Source: Clostridia bacterium (GTDB lineage: Bacteria; Bacillota; Clostridia; Peptostreptococcales; Anaerovoracaceae). From it: DNA of 64,000 nt. The notes beneath the pieces were generated by a model that searched no databases, was not told the DNA's origin, and saw only the letters and a program-made list of their open reading frames with translations. Of this stretch, positions 28,949 to 38,908 are shown one piece after another. Location of the stretch: contig JAUNMH010000004.1 of the NCBI GenBank assembly GCA_030537495.1, positions 28,509 to 92,508 of the forward strand, read 5' to 3'. How positions within the stretch are numbered: the stretch's first letter is position 1; every line of letters starts with the position of its first letter. Both the position numbers and the translations under genes were made by a program.

Positions 28949-28964
28949 AGCAAAAATAGTGCCT
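28949..28964 (-). promoter_or_regulatory. sigma54 promoter for dppA
   Basis: AGGCAC-TATTT-TTGCT. Confidence 0.8.
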
Positions 28965-29106
28965 AATACTTTAATTAAGTATAACATATAGCTGTAATTA
29001 TTTGCTAGGTGATTTCTCACATGATTTACCATAATTAGTTTTCTTGCTATTAATCAAAAACTGTGCTAAACTGAACGTGTATAAGCATTATTGGAGGTGT
29101 GGTTGT

Positions 29107-29535
29107 ATGAGAACCTTAGATGAAACAGATTATAAATTATTAGAACTTCTTAGAGAAAATGCAAGAACTCCGCTCAAGGAGTTGTCAGCAGCAGTTTTTC
29201 TCTCTACTCCGGCCGTTTCTGCAAGAATAGAAAAGTTAGAAAACGATGGATTTATTACCGGTTATCACGCAACTACAGATTATGAGAAGCTTGGAAACGG
29301 AATCAAAGCTTTTATTATGATTACGGTTCGCCCTGAAGACAAAGAGGAATTCATTGACTTCATAGGCAACCAAGAATGCGTTATAGAATGCAATCATATT
29401 ACTGGTAATTACTCTATGATAGTAAAGACTATGTTTCCTTCTACAACGCCTTTAAATCAGTTTGTTGGTGAACTTCAGAGATTTGGAAAAACACAGACGC
29501 AAGTTGTTTTTGAAACAGTTATAGAACGCTATTAA
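29107..29535 (+). CDS. Lrp/AsnC-family regulator
   Basis: LDETDYKLLELLRENARTP...VSARIEKLE and ITGNYS motifs. Confidence 0.93.
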   Translation: MRTLDETDYKLLELLRENARTPLKELSAAVFLSTPAVSARIEKLENDGFITGYHATTDYEKLGNGIKAFIMITVRPEDKEEFIDFIGNQECVIECNHITGNYSMIVKTMFPSTTPLNQFVGELQRFGKTQTQVVFETVIERY

Positions 29536-29550
29536 CTACATTGATTACTA

Positions 29551-29576
29551 GCCTGCCCTTTATGGCAGGTTTTTTT
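29551..29576 (+). terminator. Intrinsic terminator after lrp
   Basis: GCCTGCC / GGCAGGT followed by a T run. Confidence 0.8.
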
Positions 29577-29591
29577 ATTTCTAAATGATTA

Positions 29592-29607
29592 TGGCATAAA
29601 TCTTGCT
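29592..29607 (+). promoter_or_regulatory. sigma54 promoter for the APC permease-rocB unit
   Basis: TGGCAT-AAATC-TTGCT. Confidence 0.85.
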
Positions 29608-29673
29608 AAATATATAGTAGACATAATAATGCAAATTACCGCATATTGATAAAACAAAAGGAGGCGTTTTATT

Positions 29674-31083
29674 ATGAGTAAACAAAATGTATCTTGCATT
29701 GAACGTGTAATGTCAAAGAGCACCGGCCTAAATCGTACAATGAAGATGAAGGCTGCCGTTATGACAGGAATAGGCGGTACAATTGGTACCGGACTGTTTC
29801 TGAGCTCAGGAGACGTGCTTGCAACAGCAGGCCCTATTGGAGCAATTGTACTTTACATTATCGGTGGATTTATCGCATGGACTATGACATGCTGTTTGGG
29901 AGAGCTATCTGCTGCAATGCCAGTTGCTGGTTCACTCCAGGCTTATGCTACTGAGTTTTGTGGTCCAGCCCTAGGCTTCACTATTGGATGGGTTAACTGG
30001 GTAGGTGGAGCTGCAACCATTTCAGCTCAGGTTGTTGCCAGTGCAATCATTATGCGCGATATTATTCCAAATTCACCAACATGGATATGGATTGTTCTCT
30101 TTGCTGTCCTATTATTTGGCGTAAATCTTTTGGATGCTAAACTATTCGGAAACATTTCTTTTTGGGTATCAACTATTAAGGTTCTAATGGTTGCTGCGTT
30201 TTTCGTAGTTGGCGGTGCAATGGTATTTGGAGGTTTTGGTAGTGAGGGTGCTGCAATTACTCATGAAAGCGTAGGAACTGGCGGTATCAGCTTTGCTACA
30301 ATGTGCGCCTGCGTTCTTACTGCATTCTATGCATATGCCGGAACTGAAATCGTTGCTGCAACAGCCGGCGAACTTGAAGATGAAAAGAAAATGGGTAAAG
30401 CTATTAACCTGACAATTGCAATCCTTATTGCAGTAGTAGTTTTGTCAATTACAATCGTATGCTTGTTATTACCTGCAGACCAGGCTAATGTCCTTGGCTC
30501 ACCATTTGTATACGTATTCAGAAATGCAGGAATGAACGGTGCAGCTTTGGTTGTAAACCTTGTAGTTTTGTCATCTGCCCTGACATCAGGTAACTATTTC
30601 GTATATGGATGTTCAAGATATCTTTGGTCATTGGCCAAGTTTGACCAGGCACCTAAAATTTTCGCGAAGACAAGTAAAAATGGCGTTCCTGTAAACGCTT
30701 TAATCGTATCTATGTTGTTTGGAATGCTTGCAATTATTGCAGAATTTGTTGCGGAAGATTCTGTTTATCTATTCATCGTATACTTCATAGGCGGTGGTAA
30801 CATCTTTATGTATTCTGTAATCTGTATTTCACAGTACAGATTCAGAAAACGCTATCTAGCCGAAGGCGGAGATGTAAAAGACCTTCCATACAAGACTCCA
30901 CTATTCCCACTAGTGCCTATTTTAGGAGTTATATCATTCCTTGCAATGCTCGTTGCAACTCTGACAGATCCCGGTGAAGTAAAGGGAATCATCGTATGTG
31001 CAGTTATGTATTCAGCTATCTACATTGGAGCTAGGTTCTATGTTAAGAAAACCGGTGGAGAGGCTATCAATATTGACCTATAA
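29674..31083 (+). CDS. APC-family amino acid permease (RocE/LysP-like)
   Basis: GGTIGTGLFLSSG, GELSAAMPVAGS, GTEIVA and KNGVPV motifs. Confidence 0.92.
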   Translation: MSKQNVSCIERVMSKSTGLNRTMKMKAAVMTGIGGTIGTGLFLSSGDVLATAGPIGAIVLYIIGGFIAWTMTCCLGELSAAMPVAGSLQAYATEFCGPALGFTIGWVNWVGGAATISAQVVASAIIMRDIIPNSPTWIWIVLFAVLLFGVNLLDAKLFGNISFWVSTIKVLMVAAFFVVGGAMVFGGFGSEGAAITHESVGTGGISFATMCACVLTAFYAYAGTEIVAATAGELEDEKKMGKAINLTIAILIAVVVLSITIVCLLLPADQANVLGSPFVYVFRNAGMNGAALVVNLVVLSSALTSGNYFVYGCSRYLWSLAKFDQAPKIFAKTSKNGVPVNALIVSMLFGMLAIIAEFVAEDSVYLFIVYFIGGGNIFMYSVICISQYRFRKRYLAEGGDVKDLPYKTPLFPLVPILGVISFLAMLVATLTDPGEVKGIIVCAVMYSAIYIGARFYVKKTGGEAINIDL

Positions 31084-31137
31084 GCATTGACCTATGAACA
31101 ATATACAGTAATTAATGCACAAAGTATGTAAGGAAGT

Positions 31138-32778
31138 GTGCCAAATATGATTGATAAGAACAGAATGTATGAAAATCTCAAGCGTCTTGTTTCTGTGCCA
31201 AGCATTTCAGGTACTCCAGACGAGGAAGCTGGAGCAGAAAAGATTCAAGAATTACTTATGGAAATACCATATTTTCAGAAGCATCCGGATCAGGTAATGC
31301 TCTTACCTATTGAGGGCGACCCTTTTGATAGGAAGTTGATTACCGCATTCCTAGAAGCTCCGGAGAAGACAAAAGATACGGTTATTCTGACAGGTCACTA
31401 TGACGTTGTTGATGTGGAGGAATTCGGCTCACTTAAAGATATTGCCTTTAATGTTGATGAGATAACGGATAGAATTAAAGAACTCCCTCTAAGTGATGAA
31501 GTTTTAAATGACTACATGAGTGGGAATTATCTCTTCGGTAGAGGTGTTCTTGATATGAAGTATGGCCATGTTGCCAGTCTCGAGCTACTACATCATTACT
31601 CTGAGACTCAATCACTTAAGGGTAATCTTCTCTATGTAGGTGTCTGCGGCGAAGAGACTAACTCAGAAGGAATGCTTGCAGCGGTTAAGTTCTTTAATAG
31701 TTTCAGAAAAGAGAAAAATTTAAACTATCGGCTGATGCTTTTGATGGAAGGTTATCTTGTTGATGGACAGGAAGCTGGAGTACGCTATATCCAGTATGGC
31801 AATGCAGGTAAAATTATGCCCATGTTCTTCTGTATTGGTAAGACAACCCATGGTGAAGAACCACTTCTTGGTCTGGATGCCAATTCACTTTCGTCAGAAG
31901 TATATAGGTTAATGCACACTAACCCTCTCTTCTGCCAGAACAATCACGGTATTACTACATCACCGCCATGTGGATTGAAACTGCAGGATATGAAAGAGAA
32001 TTATTCCCTTTCAACTACACTCTACGCTGCCTCTTATTACAATATTGCAACAATCAAACTTGATCCGGAGGACCTAATGAATAAGCTTAAGGGTATTGCC
32101 AATGAAGCCTTTGATAATGTAATAGAAATAATTAAGAAGAACGTAGATGGATTTACAAAGCTTGCAGGAAGAGTTCCAGATTATTATATGCCCGAACCTG
32201 AGGTGCAAACATTTGCGGAGTTTTACGAAGACATCGAAAATGATTTCGACGGTGATTTAGCAACAGTCGTAAAAGAAAAACTAGCTGAATTTATGAGTGT
32301 AAATCCAGAAATGCAAGATTCATGCGTTCAACTCGTAAAATATTTAGCAGGAATTTCTAAGGACAAAACTCCTAGAATAATAATTTCTATTATTCCTCCT
32401 TACTATCCAGATGTGAATCTCAATATGGAGGATCCTGATACGGTTAAAATGATGGAAAATATGCAGGATATTATTAAGTACGCTGCTGACAATTACGGTG
32501 AAACTCTTAAGACAAGTGAATACTATGGCATCTCTGATATGAGCTACACCTGGCTTGCTGATGGACTCGACTTTGATGCCCTCTTTGAAAATCTCATTGG
32601 TGTCGGTTCTATCTACCAGTTCCCCGGTGAGGATCTCAAGGAATTCAAGGTTCCAGGTATGGTTTTAGGATGTGCTGGAAAAGATATGCATAAGTATACA
32701 GAACGCCTTGAAAAGCACTATAATTTTGATGTTTTACCTAATCTTTATATCAGAGCAATCGAAAACATCATCGGTTAA
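31138..32778 (+). CDS. RocB-like M20/M25/M40 hydrolase
   Basis: TGHYDVV, GRGVLDMKYG, GEETNSEG and GKDMHKYTER motifs; ~545 aa. Confidence 0.82.
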   Translation: MPNMIDKNRMYENLKRLVSVPSISGTPDEEAGAEKIQELLMEIPYFQKHPDQVMLLPIEGDPFDRKLITAFLEAPEKTKDTVILTGHYDVVDVEEFGSLKDIAFNVDEITDRIKELPLSDEVLNDYMSGNYLFGRGVLDMKYGHVASLELLHHYSETQSLKGNLLYVGVCGEETNSEGMLAAVKFFNSFRKEKNLNYRLMLLMEGYLVDGQEAGVRYIQYGNAGKIMPMFFCIGKTTHGEEPLLGLDANSLSSEVYRLMHTNPLFCQNNHGITTSPPCGLKLQDMKENYSLSTTLYAASYYNIATIKLDPEDLMNKLKGIANEAFDNVIEIIKKNVDGFTKLAGRVPDYYMPEPEVQTFAEFYEDIENDFDGDLATVVKEKLAEFMSVNPEMQDSCVQLVKYLAGISKDKTPRIIISIIPPYYPDVNLNMEDPDTVKMMENMQDIIKYAADNYGETLKTSEYYGISDMSYTWLADGLDFDALFENLIGVGSIYQFPGEDLKEFKVPGMVLGCAGKDMHKYTERLEKHYNFDVLPNLYIRAIENIIG

Positions 32779-32820
32779 ACTCTCGTAATTTCAAGTTCCA
32801 CATATATTAAATCCTCATAA

Positions 32821-32855
32821 ATATACCTCTTGGATTATTATTCCAAGAGGTATAT
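32821..32855. terminator. Bidirectional terminator
   Basis: ATATACCTCTTGGA / TCCAAGAGGTATAT. Confidence 0.85.
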
Positions 32856-32860
32856 TATTT

Positions 32861-33841
32861 TTATTCAACTAAGTGACATGCCACAAATCTTCCAGGCTCA
32901 ACTTCCTTAAGTTCAGGTGCTTCCTGTGCGCATTTTTCTGTTGCATATGGACATCTTGTCCTAAAGAAGCATCCGCTAGGAGGATTAACTGGTGAAGGTA
33001 TTTCGCCTGAAAGCATATCTTTCTGTTCTTTTCTCCTCTCTGGGTCTGGAATTGGCACAGCCTCAAGCAGAAATTTCGTATATGGATGCATCGGGTTAGC
33101 ATATATATCTCTCGTAATTCCTAGTTCACATACCTTTCCCAGAAACATCACGCATACCCTGTCAGAAAGATATCTTACAACGGAAAGGTCATGAGAGATA
33201 AAAACATAGGTTAAATTTCTTTCTACCTGCAAATCTCCCAGAAGGTTCAAAACCTGTGATTGGATAGATACATCTAATGCCGATACTGGCTCGTCACAAA
33301 CTATAAGCTTAGGGTTAAGTGCTAAAGCTCGAGCTATGCTGACTCTTTGTCTCTGTCCTCCAGAAAATTGGTGAGGATATCTCCACATAAATTCCGGTCT
33401 AATTCCACATTTTGAAAGCAAATTTTCCACGATTTTTTCTTCTTCCTCTTTAGAACTACATACTTTATGAGTAACTAGAGGTTCCGCGACAATATCCTTA
33501 ATCTTCATTCTAGGATTAAGCGACGCGTAAGGGTCCTGGAATATCATTTGCATTCCTTTTCTTAAATCTCTTATTTCCGCAGGCTTTAAGTCATTAAGAT
33601 TCTGTCCATCGAATATCACATCTCCCCGCGTTGGTTCTAAGAGGTGTAGCATTAGTCTTCCTAGAGTTGATTTTCCGCAACCAGACTCTCCTACAACTCC
33701 TAGTGTTTCGCCCTCATATATATCCAAGGTTACATCCGTAACCGCATGAACTACATTTTTTACTCTGCCGAAGGAACTGGATTTAGTGTTGAATTCCTTT
33801 GTTACATTTTTAAGCTGTACAAGAACTTTCTTATTTTCCAC
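32861..33841 (-). CDS. oppF: Oligopeptide ABC ATPase (OppF), system 2
   Basis: GESGCGKST, YPHQFSGGQRQR, CDEPVSALD and PSGCFFRTRC. Confidence 0.94.
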   Translation of the reverse strand: MENKKVLVQLKNVTKEFNTKSSSFGRVKNVVHAVTDVTLDIYEGETLGVVGESGCGKSTLGRLMLHLLEPTRGDVIFDGQNLNDLKPAEIRDLRKGMQMIFQDPYASLNPRMKIKDIVAEPLVTHKVCSSKEEEEKIVENLLSKCGIRPEFMWRYPHQFSGGQRQRVSIARALALNPKLIVCDEPVSALDVSIQSQVLNLLGDLQVERNLTYVFISHDLSVVRYLSDRVCVMFLGKVCELGITRDIYANPMHPYTKFLLEAVPIPDPERRKEQKDMLSGEIPSPVNPPSGCFFRTRCPYATEKCAQEAPELKEVEPGRFVACHLVE

Positions 33842-34826
33842 TTTCCATTACCTCCTTATCATACAAGAAGCATCTAACCTTGTGGCCTTCCTCTGTTTCA
33901 TAAAGTTCTGGCTGATACTCTGTACATATTTTCATAGCCTTGTCACATCTAGTGCAAAAACGGCATCCTTTTGGAAGGTGCAGAAGATTTGGTACCATTC
34001 CCCTTATGGTAAATAGATGCTCCTTAGTTTCAGTCATTTTAGGTATGGAGTTCATAAGTCCAAAAGTATAAGGGTGCTGTGGATTTTTGAATAGGGCCTT
34101 AACGGACGCTTCTTCCATTATTTTTCCAGCATACATAACGTAAACATAATCGCATGATTGTGCTACAACACCCAAATTATGCGTAATCATTACAATTGCC
34201 GTGTTTTTTTCTTTCTGCAGTTGATTCATCAAGTACAAAATCTGTGCTTCTATAGTTACATCTAAGGCAGTTGTAGGTTCGTCCGCAATTATAAGTTCCG
34301 GATTACAAACCATAGCCATTCCAATCATAACTCTCTGTCGAAGTCCTCCAGACAGCTGATGTGGGTATGCTCCATATCTTTTTTCAGGCTCCGGTATACC
34401 TACCTTCCTGAAAATATCTATAGCTCTCTCCTTTGCTTCTTCCTTGGATACATTTTCGTGTGTCAAGATTGCTTCTGAAACCTGCTTGCCAATTGTATAA
34501 ACCGGGTTTAATGACGTCATCGGCTCTTGGAATATCATAGATATTCTGTTGCCTCTAATCTCATCAATCTCCTTCATGGATTTATCAAGAAGATTCTCAC
34601 CGTCTAGGAGAATTTCACCATCAACGACCTTACCAGGTTTCTGCAAAAGCTGCATAACCGACATTGCGGTCATGCTTTTCCCGCTTCCCGATTCACCTAC
34701 AAGACCTACCGCCTCTCCTTGTTTTACTGTAATGTCTATACCATCTACTGCAGGCACGATACCTTTCTTTGTGAAGAACTGGGTTTTCAGTCCTCTTATC
34801 TGAAATATTGTCTTTTTATCGCTCAT
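33831..34826 (-). CDS. oppD: Oligopeptide ABC ATPase (OppD), system 2
   Basis: [20 protein letters not shown] and ADEPTTALD. Confidence 0.94.
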   Translation of the reverse strand: MSDKKTIFQIRGLKTQFFTKKGIVPAVDGIDITVKQGEAVGLVGESGSGKSMTAMSVMQLLQKPGKVVDGEILLDGENLLDKSMKEIDEIRGNRISMIFQEPMTSLNPVYTIGKQVSEAILTHENVSKEEAKERAIDIFRKVGIPEPEKRYGAYPHQLSGGLRQRVMIGMAMVCNPELIIADEPTTALDVTIEAQILYLMNQLQKEKNTAIVMITHNLGVVAQSCDYVYVMYAGKIMEEASVKALFKNPQHPYTFGLMNSIPKMTETKEHLFTIRGMVPNLLHLPKGCRFCTRCDKAMKICTEYQPELYETEEGHKVRCFLYDKEVMESGK

Positions 34827-34838
34827 ATTTTCACCACC

Positions 34839-35849
34839 CTAATCCTTAAGTTGTGGGTCAAGCTTATCTCTAAGCGCATCGCCCAAGAAATTGAATGCAA
34901 CTACAAGAATAAGAATTGCTATACCAGGAGCAAGAGTTGCAACTGGTGATTTAGACAAGTACTTCTTCATTTGGAATACGAGCAGACCCCAACTTGTTGA
35001 AGGAGGTTGTGCACCTATTCCTAAGAAGGAAAGTCCAGATTCTGTAAGGATGTTTCCAGGCACATTCATAGTGAACAAAACTATCAGCGTCGGTACACAA
35101 TTGGGTAATATATGTTTGAGCAAAATCACCCAGGTTTTTACACCAATGGAATTTGCAGCTTCTACGTACTCCTTTTCTTTTAGTGACAAAACTTCTGATC
35201 TAACAACTCTGGCGGTTCCACCCCAGGAAACAAAACTTAGCGCACAAAATATAGTTAGCATTCCTGCACCTAGTGTGTAGGATATAAGTATAGCCAATAG
35301 CATTGAAGGGAATGCCATAAATACATCTGCAACTCTCATTATTATGCTGTCTACTATGCCACCACAGTATCCGGCAATTAATCCTAAGATGGTACCAATC
35401 GCCATATATATACAGGTAGGCACAATTCCAACCAATAAGGAAACTCTTCCACCATACATCATACGGCTCAGTATATCTCGGCCGTAATTATCAGTTCCCA
35501 GAAGATGATGAATAGATGGCGCTGCCAGTCTATTCCCAAGATCCTGCACATAAGGATCACAAGGTGCAAATAGTGGAGCAAACAACGTTCCAATAATAAA
35601 TACTACTATTACTATAGCTGATACTAGAGCAACTTTATTATTCTTAAACATGCTAGCTAGCTGATCTTTTATCGTCTCACTTGGTGCTATCAATGCTTCA
35701 GATGCTTCTTCTATCCTTATAGGTTCCGTAGCACGTTTGGGAATCCAGTCTGTACCCTTAGGTCTGTCCTGTGCTGGAGAAAAACCAGCGACTATTCTGT
35801 CGGCAAGAATATCTACCGCTTCATTTCTTTTCTTATTATTAAATAGCAT
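34839..35849 (-). CDS. oppC: Oligopeptide ABC permease (OppC), system 2, with long N-terminal extension
   Basis: GTDNYGRDILSR, EYVEAANSIG and LSFLGIG motifs. GGAGG RBS before ATG 35849. Confidence 0.92.
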   Translation of the reverse strand: MLFNNKKRNEAVDILADRIVAGFSPAQDRPKGTDWIPKRATEPIRIEEASEALIAPSETIKDQLASMFKNNKVALVSAIVIVVFIIGTLFAPLFAPCDPYVQDLGNRLAAPSIHHLLGTDNYGRDILSRMMYGGRVSLLVGIVPTCIYMAIGTILGLIAGYCGGIVDSIIMRVADVFMAFPSMLLAILISYTLGAGMLTIFCALSFVSWGGTARVVRSEVLSLKEKEYVEAANSIGVKTWVILLKHILPNCVPTLIVLFTMNVPGNILTESGLSFLGIGAQPPSTSWGLLVFQMKKYLSKSPVATLAPGIAILILVVAFNFLGDALRDKLDPQLKD

Positions 35850-35862
35850 CTTTACCTCCAAT

Positions 35863-36783
35863 CTACTGTTCTTTAATCTTTGGATCTAGAACAGAATATA
35901 GTAAATCTGCAACCATATTTCCAAGGATAATAATCATAGTAGAAAATATTACAGATCCCTGAAGTAATGGCATATCTCTAGCGTTAATCGCTGAAACCAT
36001 TAAAACTCCGATTCCTCCAATACCAAATACAGTCTCTGTAAGAACTGCACCTGATAACAAGCTTGCAAACTGCATCGCCATCATTGTAACAACCGGAATC
36101 ATTGCATTTTTCAGTCCATGTTTGACCACAACCAAAGTCTCACCAATACCCTTAGCTCTAGCGGTTCTAATATAATCATTCTTCATTATGCCTAACAGGC
36201 TAGAGCGTGTCAGTCTTGCAATTGTACCTGACGATGCCCATCCTAGCACAAATGCCGGCAATATCATATGCTTAGCCGTTGCATATCCTGAAATTGGAAG
36301 AATTCCTAATGAGTATCCAAAAATATACTGTAATAACATTGCTGCCCAGAATACTGGAAGTGAAATTCCTACAAGAGAGAATCCCATTAAAAATCTATCC
36401 AATAAAGTGTCTTTTTTAATAGCAGATACTATTCCTGCAGGTATTCCAATAATCCACGCAACTATCGCTGAAGTGATAGCCAGCTTCAGTGTATTTGGAA
36501 ATGCATCTGCAATAAGTCCAGCTATTGGACGATTTAGTTTATATGAGCTGCCTAAATCTCCATGCACAAGATTAACCAGGTAATCAAAAAAACGTTTTGG
36601 CAAAGGATCATTTAATCCCATTTCCTCTGTAACCTTTGCTATTACCTCCGGATTTGCCTTTTCTCCCATCATAACAGCAATAGGATTTCCTGGTACTACC
36701 TGAAGTAGTAGAAATACAATCAATATAGTTACTATAATCAGCGGAATAGAAACAAGAATACGTTTTATAATATATTTTGCCAT
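35863..36783 (-). CDS. oppB: Oligopeptide ABC permease (OppB), system 2
   Basis: VPGNP, HGDLGSS, YIRTARAKG and GAVLTETVF motifs. Confidence 0.94.
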   Translation of the reverse strand: MAKYIIKRILVSIPLIIVTILIVFLLLQVVPGNPIAVMMGEKANPEVIAKVTEEMGLNDPLPKRFFDYLVNLVHGDLGSSYKLNRPIAGLIADAFPNTLKLAITSAIVAWIIGIPAGIVSAIKKDTLLDRFLMGFSLVGISLPVFWAAMLLQYIFGYSLGILPISGYATAKHMILPAFVLGWASSGTIARLTRSSLLGIMKNDYIRTARAKGIGETLVVVKHGLKNAMIPVVTMMAMQFASLLSGAVLTETVFGIGGIGVLMVSAINARDMPLLQGSVIFSTMIIILGNMVADLLYSVLDPKIKEQ

Positions 36784-36818
36784 TTCTATTCTCCTTTCAA
36801 TGTTTCATATTTTTAAAA

Positions 36819-36852
36819 AATGGGAATACCCGAAACCGTAGATATTCCCATT
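36819..36852 (-). terminator. Intercistronic hairpin after oppA2 (partial terminator or mRNA stabiliser)
   Basis: AATGGGAATA / TATTCCCATT, followed by a T run on the minus strand. Confidence 0.65.
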
Positions 36853-36881
36853 AGTATAATCCTTTCGACTATATTTTTGAA

Positions 36882-38540
36882 TTATTCGGCAGTTTCCAGC
36901 TCAACTGAGTAGTATGAGCAGTCGCCCCAACCTGCCCACTGAGGAACAAAGTTTTTAACTCTATCCTGGACAAGTCTTATCTTTTCTGCGTGCCACAGTG
37001 GTACAAATGCAGCATCATCATCTATTATTTTTTCTTCAAGATCCAGGTATTCTTTCATACGAGCATCATTATCTGTCATATGTCTTGCAGCTTCTACTCT
37101 CTTGATAACATCCTTATCCTTATAGTTTACTGACCTTTCTTTTGTTGTTGCTGTCGCAAAATATGTATACAAGAAGTTATCTGGGTCATTGAAATCTGCC
37201 CACCATGATTCAATGTGAGATGCCAATTCCCCATTGCCTCTGATATCATAATAAGATGCCTCGTCAACCTGTTCAATTTCTACTTCTACGCCAATTTCCT
37301 TCAGCTGTTCCTGAATAACTTCCAAGCACTCGCTCTTTTCAGTTGCCTTCTTTGCCAATTTCAGTTTAAATCCGTTTTCATATCCAGCTTCTTTCAGTAA
37401 CTGCTTTGCACCCTCAGGATCATACTCAATATCTGGAAGATTCTTATTGTAGCAGATTAATGTAGGAGGGAATATACCCTTAGCTAGTGTACCTGTACCT
37501 TCATATAATGAATCTATTATTGCCTGACGGTCGATACCCTTCTGTAGAGCTTTACGTACTTTTACATTGTCTAAAGGTTTAACGTTTTCATTTAAAACTA
37601 AGTAGTCTCCACCCATTATTACTGTAGAAACTATGTTATCACTCCACTGATCATCATCCTGATATGTTGGGATTAAGCTCTTCGCCTTGTCAATTTCAAA
37701 GATATCAGTCTGTCCAGATTCAAATAACATCTTTTCAGTATCTGTATCAGTAGCAACCTTAATCAAAATGCCGTCAATTTTAGGAGCACCCTGCCAGTAA
37801 TCCTTATTTGCTTCCAGATAAATGTGGTCATTTAGTACCCACTCTTTAACAATAAAAGGACCTGAACCAATAGTGTACTCTGGTTCTGAACCAAATAATG
37901 TAGTTTTCTTACCCTTACCTGCTTTATCTCCTGCATCACAAGCTTCTCTATTAAGAATAGACCATGCAGGTACACTTAAAGTTGATAAGAAAGGTGCATA
38001 TGATTCACTAAGAACTATATCAAAGTTATAATCATCGTGAATAATAATACCTTTTCCTTCTACGGTTTTCGTTTTTCCATCAAGAACATCCTTTGCGCCC
38101 TTTATCATATCCATCCAATAATAATTCATAGTCGCACGTTCAGGATCCAACATACTATCTACAGTATAGAGTACGTCGTCTGATGTCATTGGCTCACCGT
38201 TTGTAAATTTAATATCTTTTCTTAGATGCATAGAATAAGTCAATCCATCCTTAGAAACTTCCCACTTTTCTGCAGCGCAAGGTTGCAATTCGGTAGTTCC
38301 GTCATCTTTAGATACTGTCTGAACTAGCGTATCAAAACAGTTCATTGGAATAATGTAATCCGAAGTTGTCTGTCTAACGTCACCAGACTGACATTCATGG
38401 TCATAAGTAACACGAAGGACATTTTCAGCAAATCCATCGTCGTACTCAACTTTTGTTTGCTTGTCGCCGCCACAACCTGCAAGACCTCCTGCAACTAGTG
38501 TCAAACTAAGCAACACAGCACTCAATTTTTTAGCCTTCAT
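36882..38540 (-). CDS. oppA: Peptide ABC substrate-binding lipoprotein (family 5), system 2
   Basis: Lipobox LAGCGG. IGSGPF, KVRKALQKGIDR and WWADFNDPDNFL motifs. Confidence 0.94.
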   Translation of the reverse strand: MKAKKLSAVLLSLTLVAGGLAGCGGDKQTKVEYDDGFAENVLRVTYDHECQSGDVRQTTSDYIIPMNCFDTLVQTVSKDDGTTELQPCAAEKWEVSKDGLTYSMHLRKDIKFTNGEPMTSDDVLYTVDSMLDPERATMNYYWMDMIKGAKDVLDGKTKTVEGKGIIIHDDYNFDIVLSESYAPFLSTLSVPAWSILNREACDAGDKAGKGKKTTLFGSEPEYTIGSGPFIVKEWVLNDHIYLEANKDYWQGAPKIDGILIKVATDTDTEKMLFESGQTDIFEIDKAKSLIPTYQDDDQWSDNIVSTVIMGGDYLVLNENVKPLDNVKVRKALQKGIDRQAIIDSLYEGTGTLAKGIFPPTLICYNKNLPDIEYDPEGAKQLLKEAGYENGFKLKLAKKATEKSECLEVIQEQLKEIGVEVEIEQVDEASYYDIRGNGELASHIESWWADFNDPDNFLYTYFATATTKERSVNYKDKDVIKRVEAARHMTDNDARMKEYLDLEEKIIDDDAAFVPLWHAEKIRLVQDRVKNFVPQWAGWGDCSYYSVELETAE

Positions 38541-38626
38541 ATCAGAGCCTCCTTTGCTTTATCTCCTAAAAGATATTCTCATAAGATAGTGTCATCCTAT
38601 TTAATGACAACTTTGTAGCTATAACT

Positions 38627-38642
38627 AGCACAAAATGTGCCA
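38627..38642 (-). promoter_or_regulatory. sigma54 promoter for the opp2 operon
   Basis: TGGCAC-ATTTT-GTGCT, one mismatch at -12. Confidence 0.7.
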
Positions 38643-38800
38643 AATTGAAAACACTCAATGAAAATTTATAAAAATTATGGTATTTTAATGTAAAATTCAT
38701 CACCAAATCGTGACCATTTTTTTATTTACTACTTTTTCGCTTCATCAAATCACATTGATAACGCAATAAATCCCATTAACTCCTATTTTCTATACGCTAA

Positions 38801-38841
38801 GAAACCCTGAAGAATGACTATGTCTCATCCTTCAGGGTTTC
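38801..38841 (-). terminator. Terminator of the decarboxylase operon
   Basis: GAAACCCTGAAG / CTTCAGGGTTTC. Confidence 0.8.
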
Positions 38842-38908
38842 CTATTGTGTGTATGGATATCATATTAAGTTGTAGTCTTTATTTCTGATTTCCAGCGCAG
38901 AATTTTAC

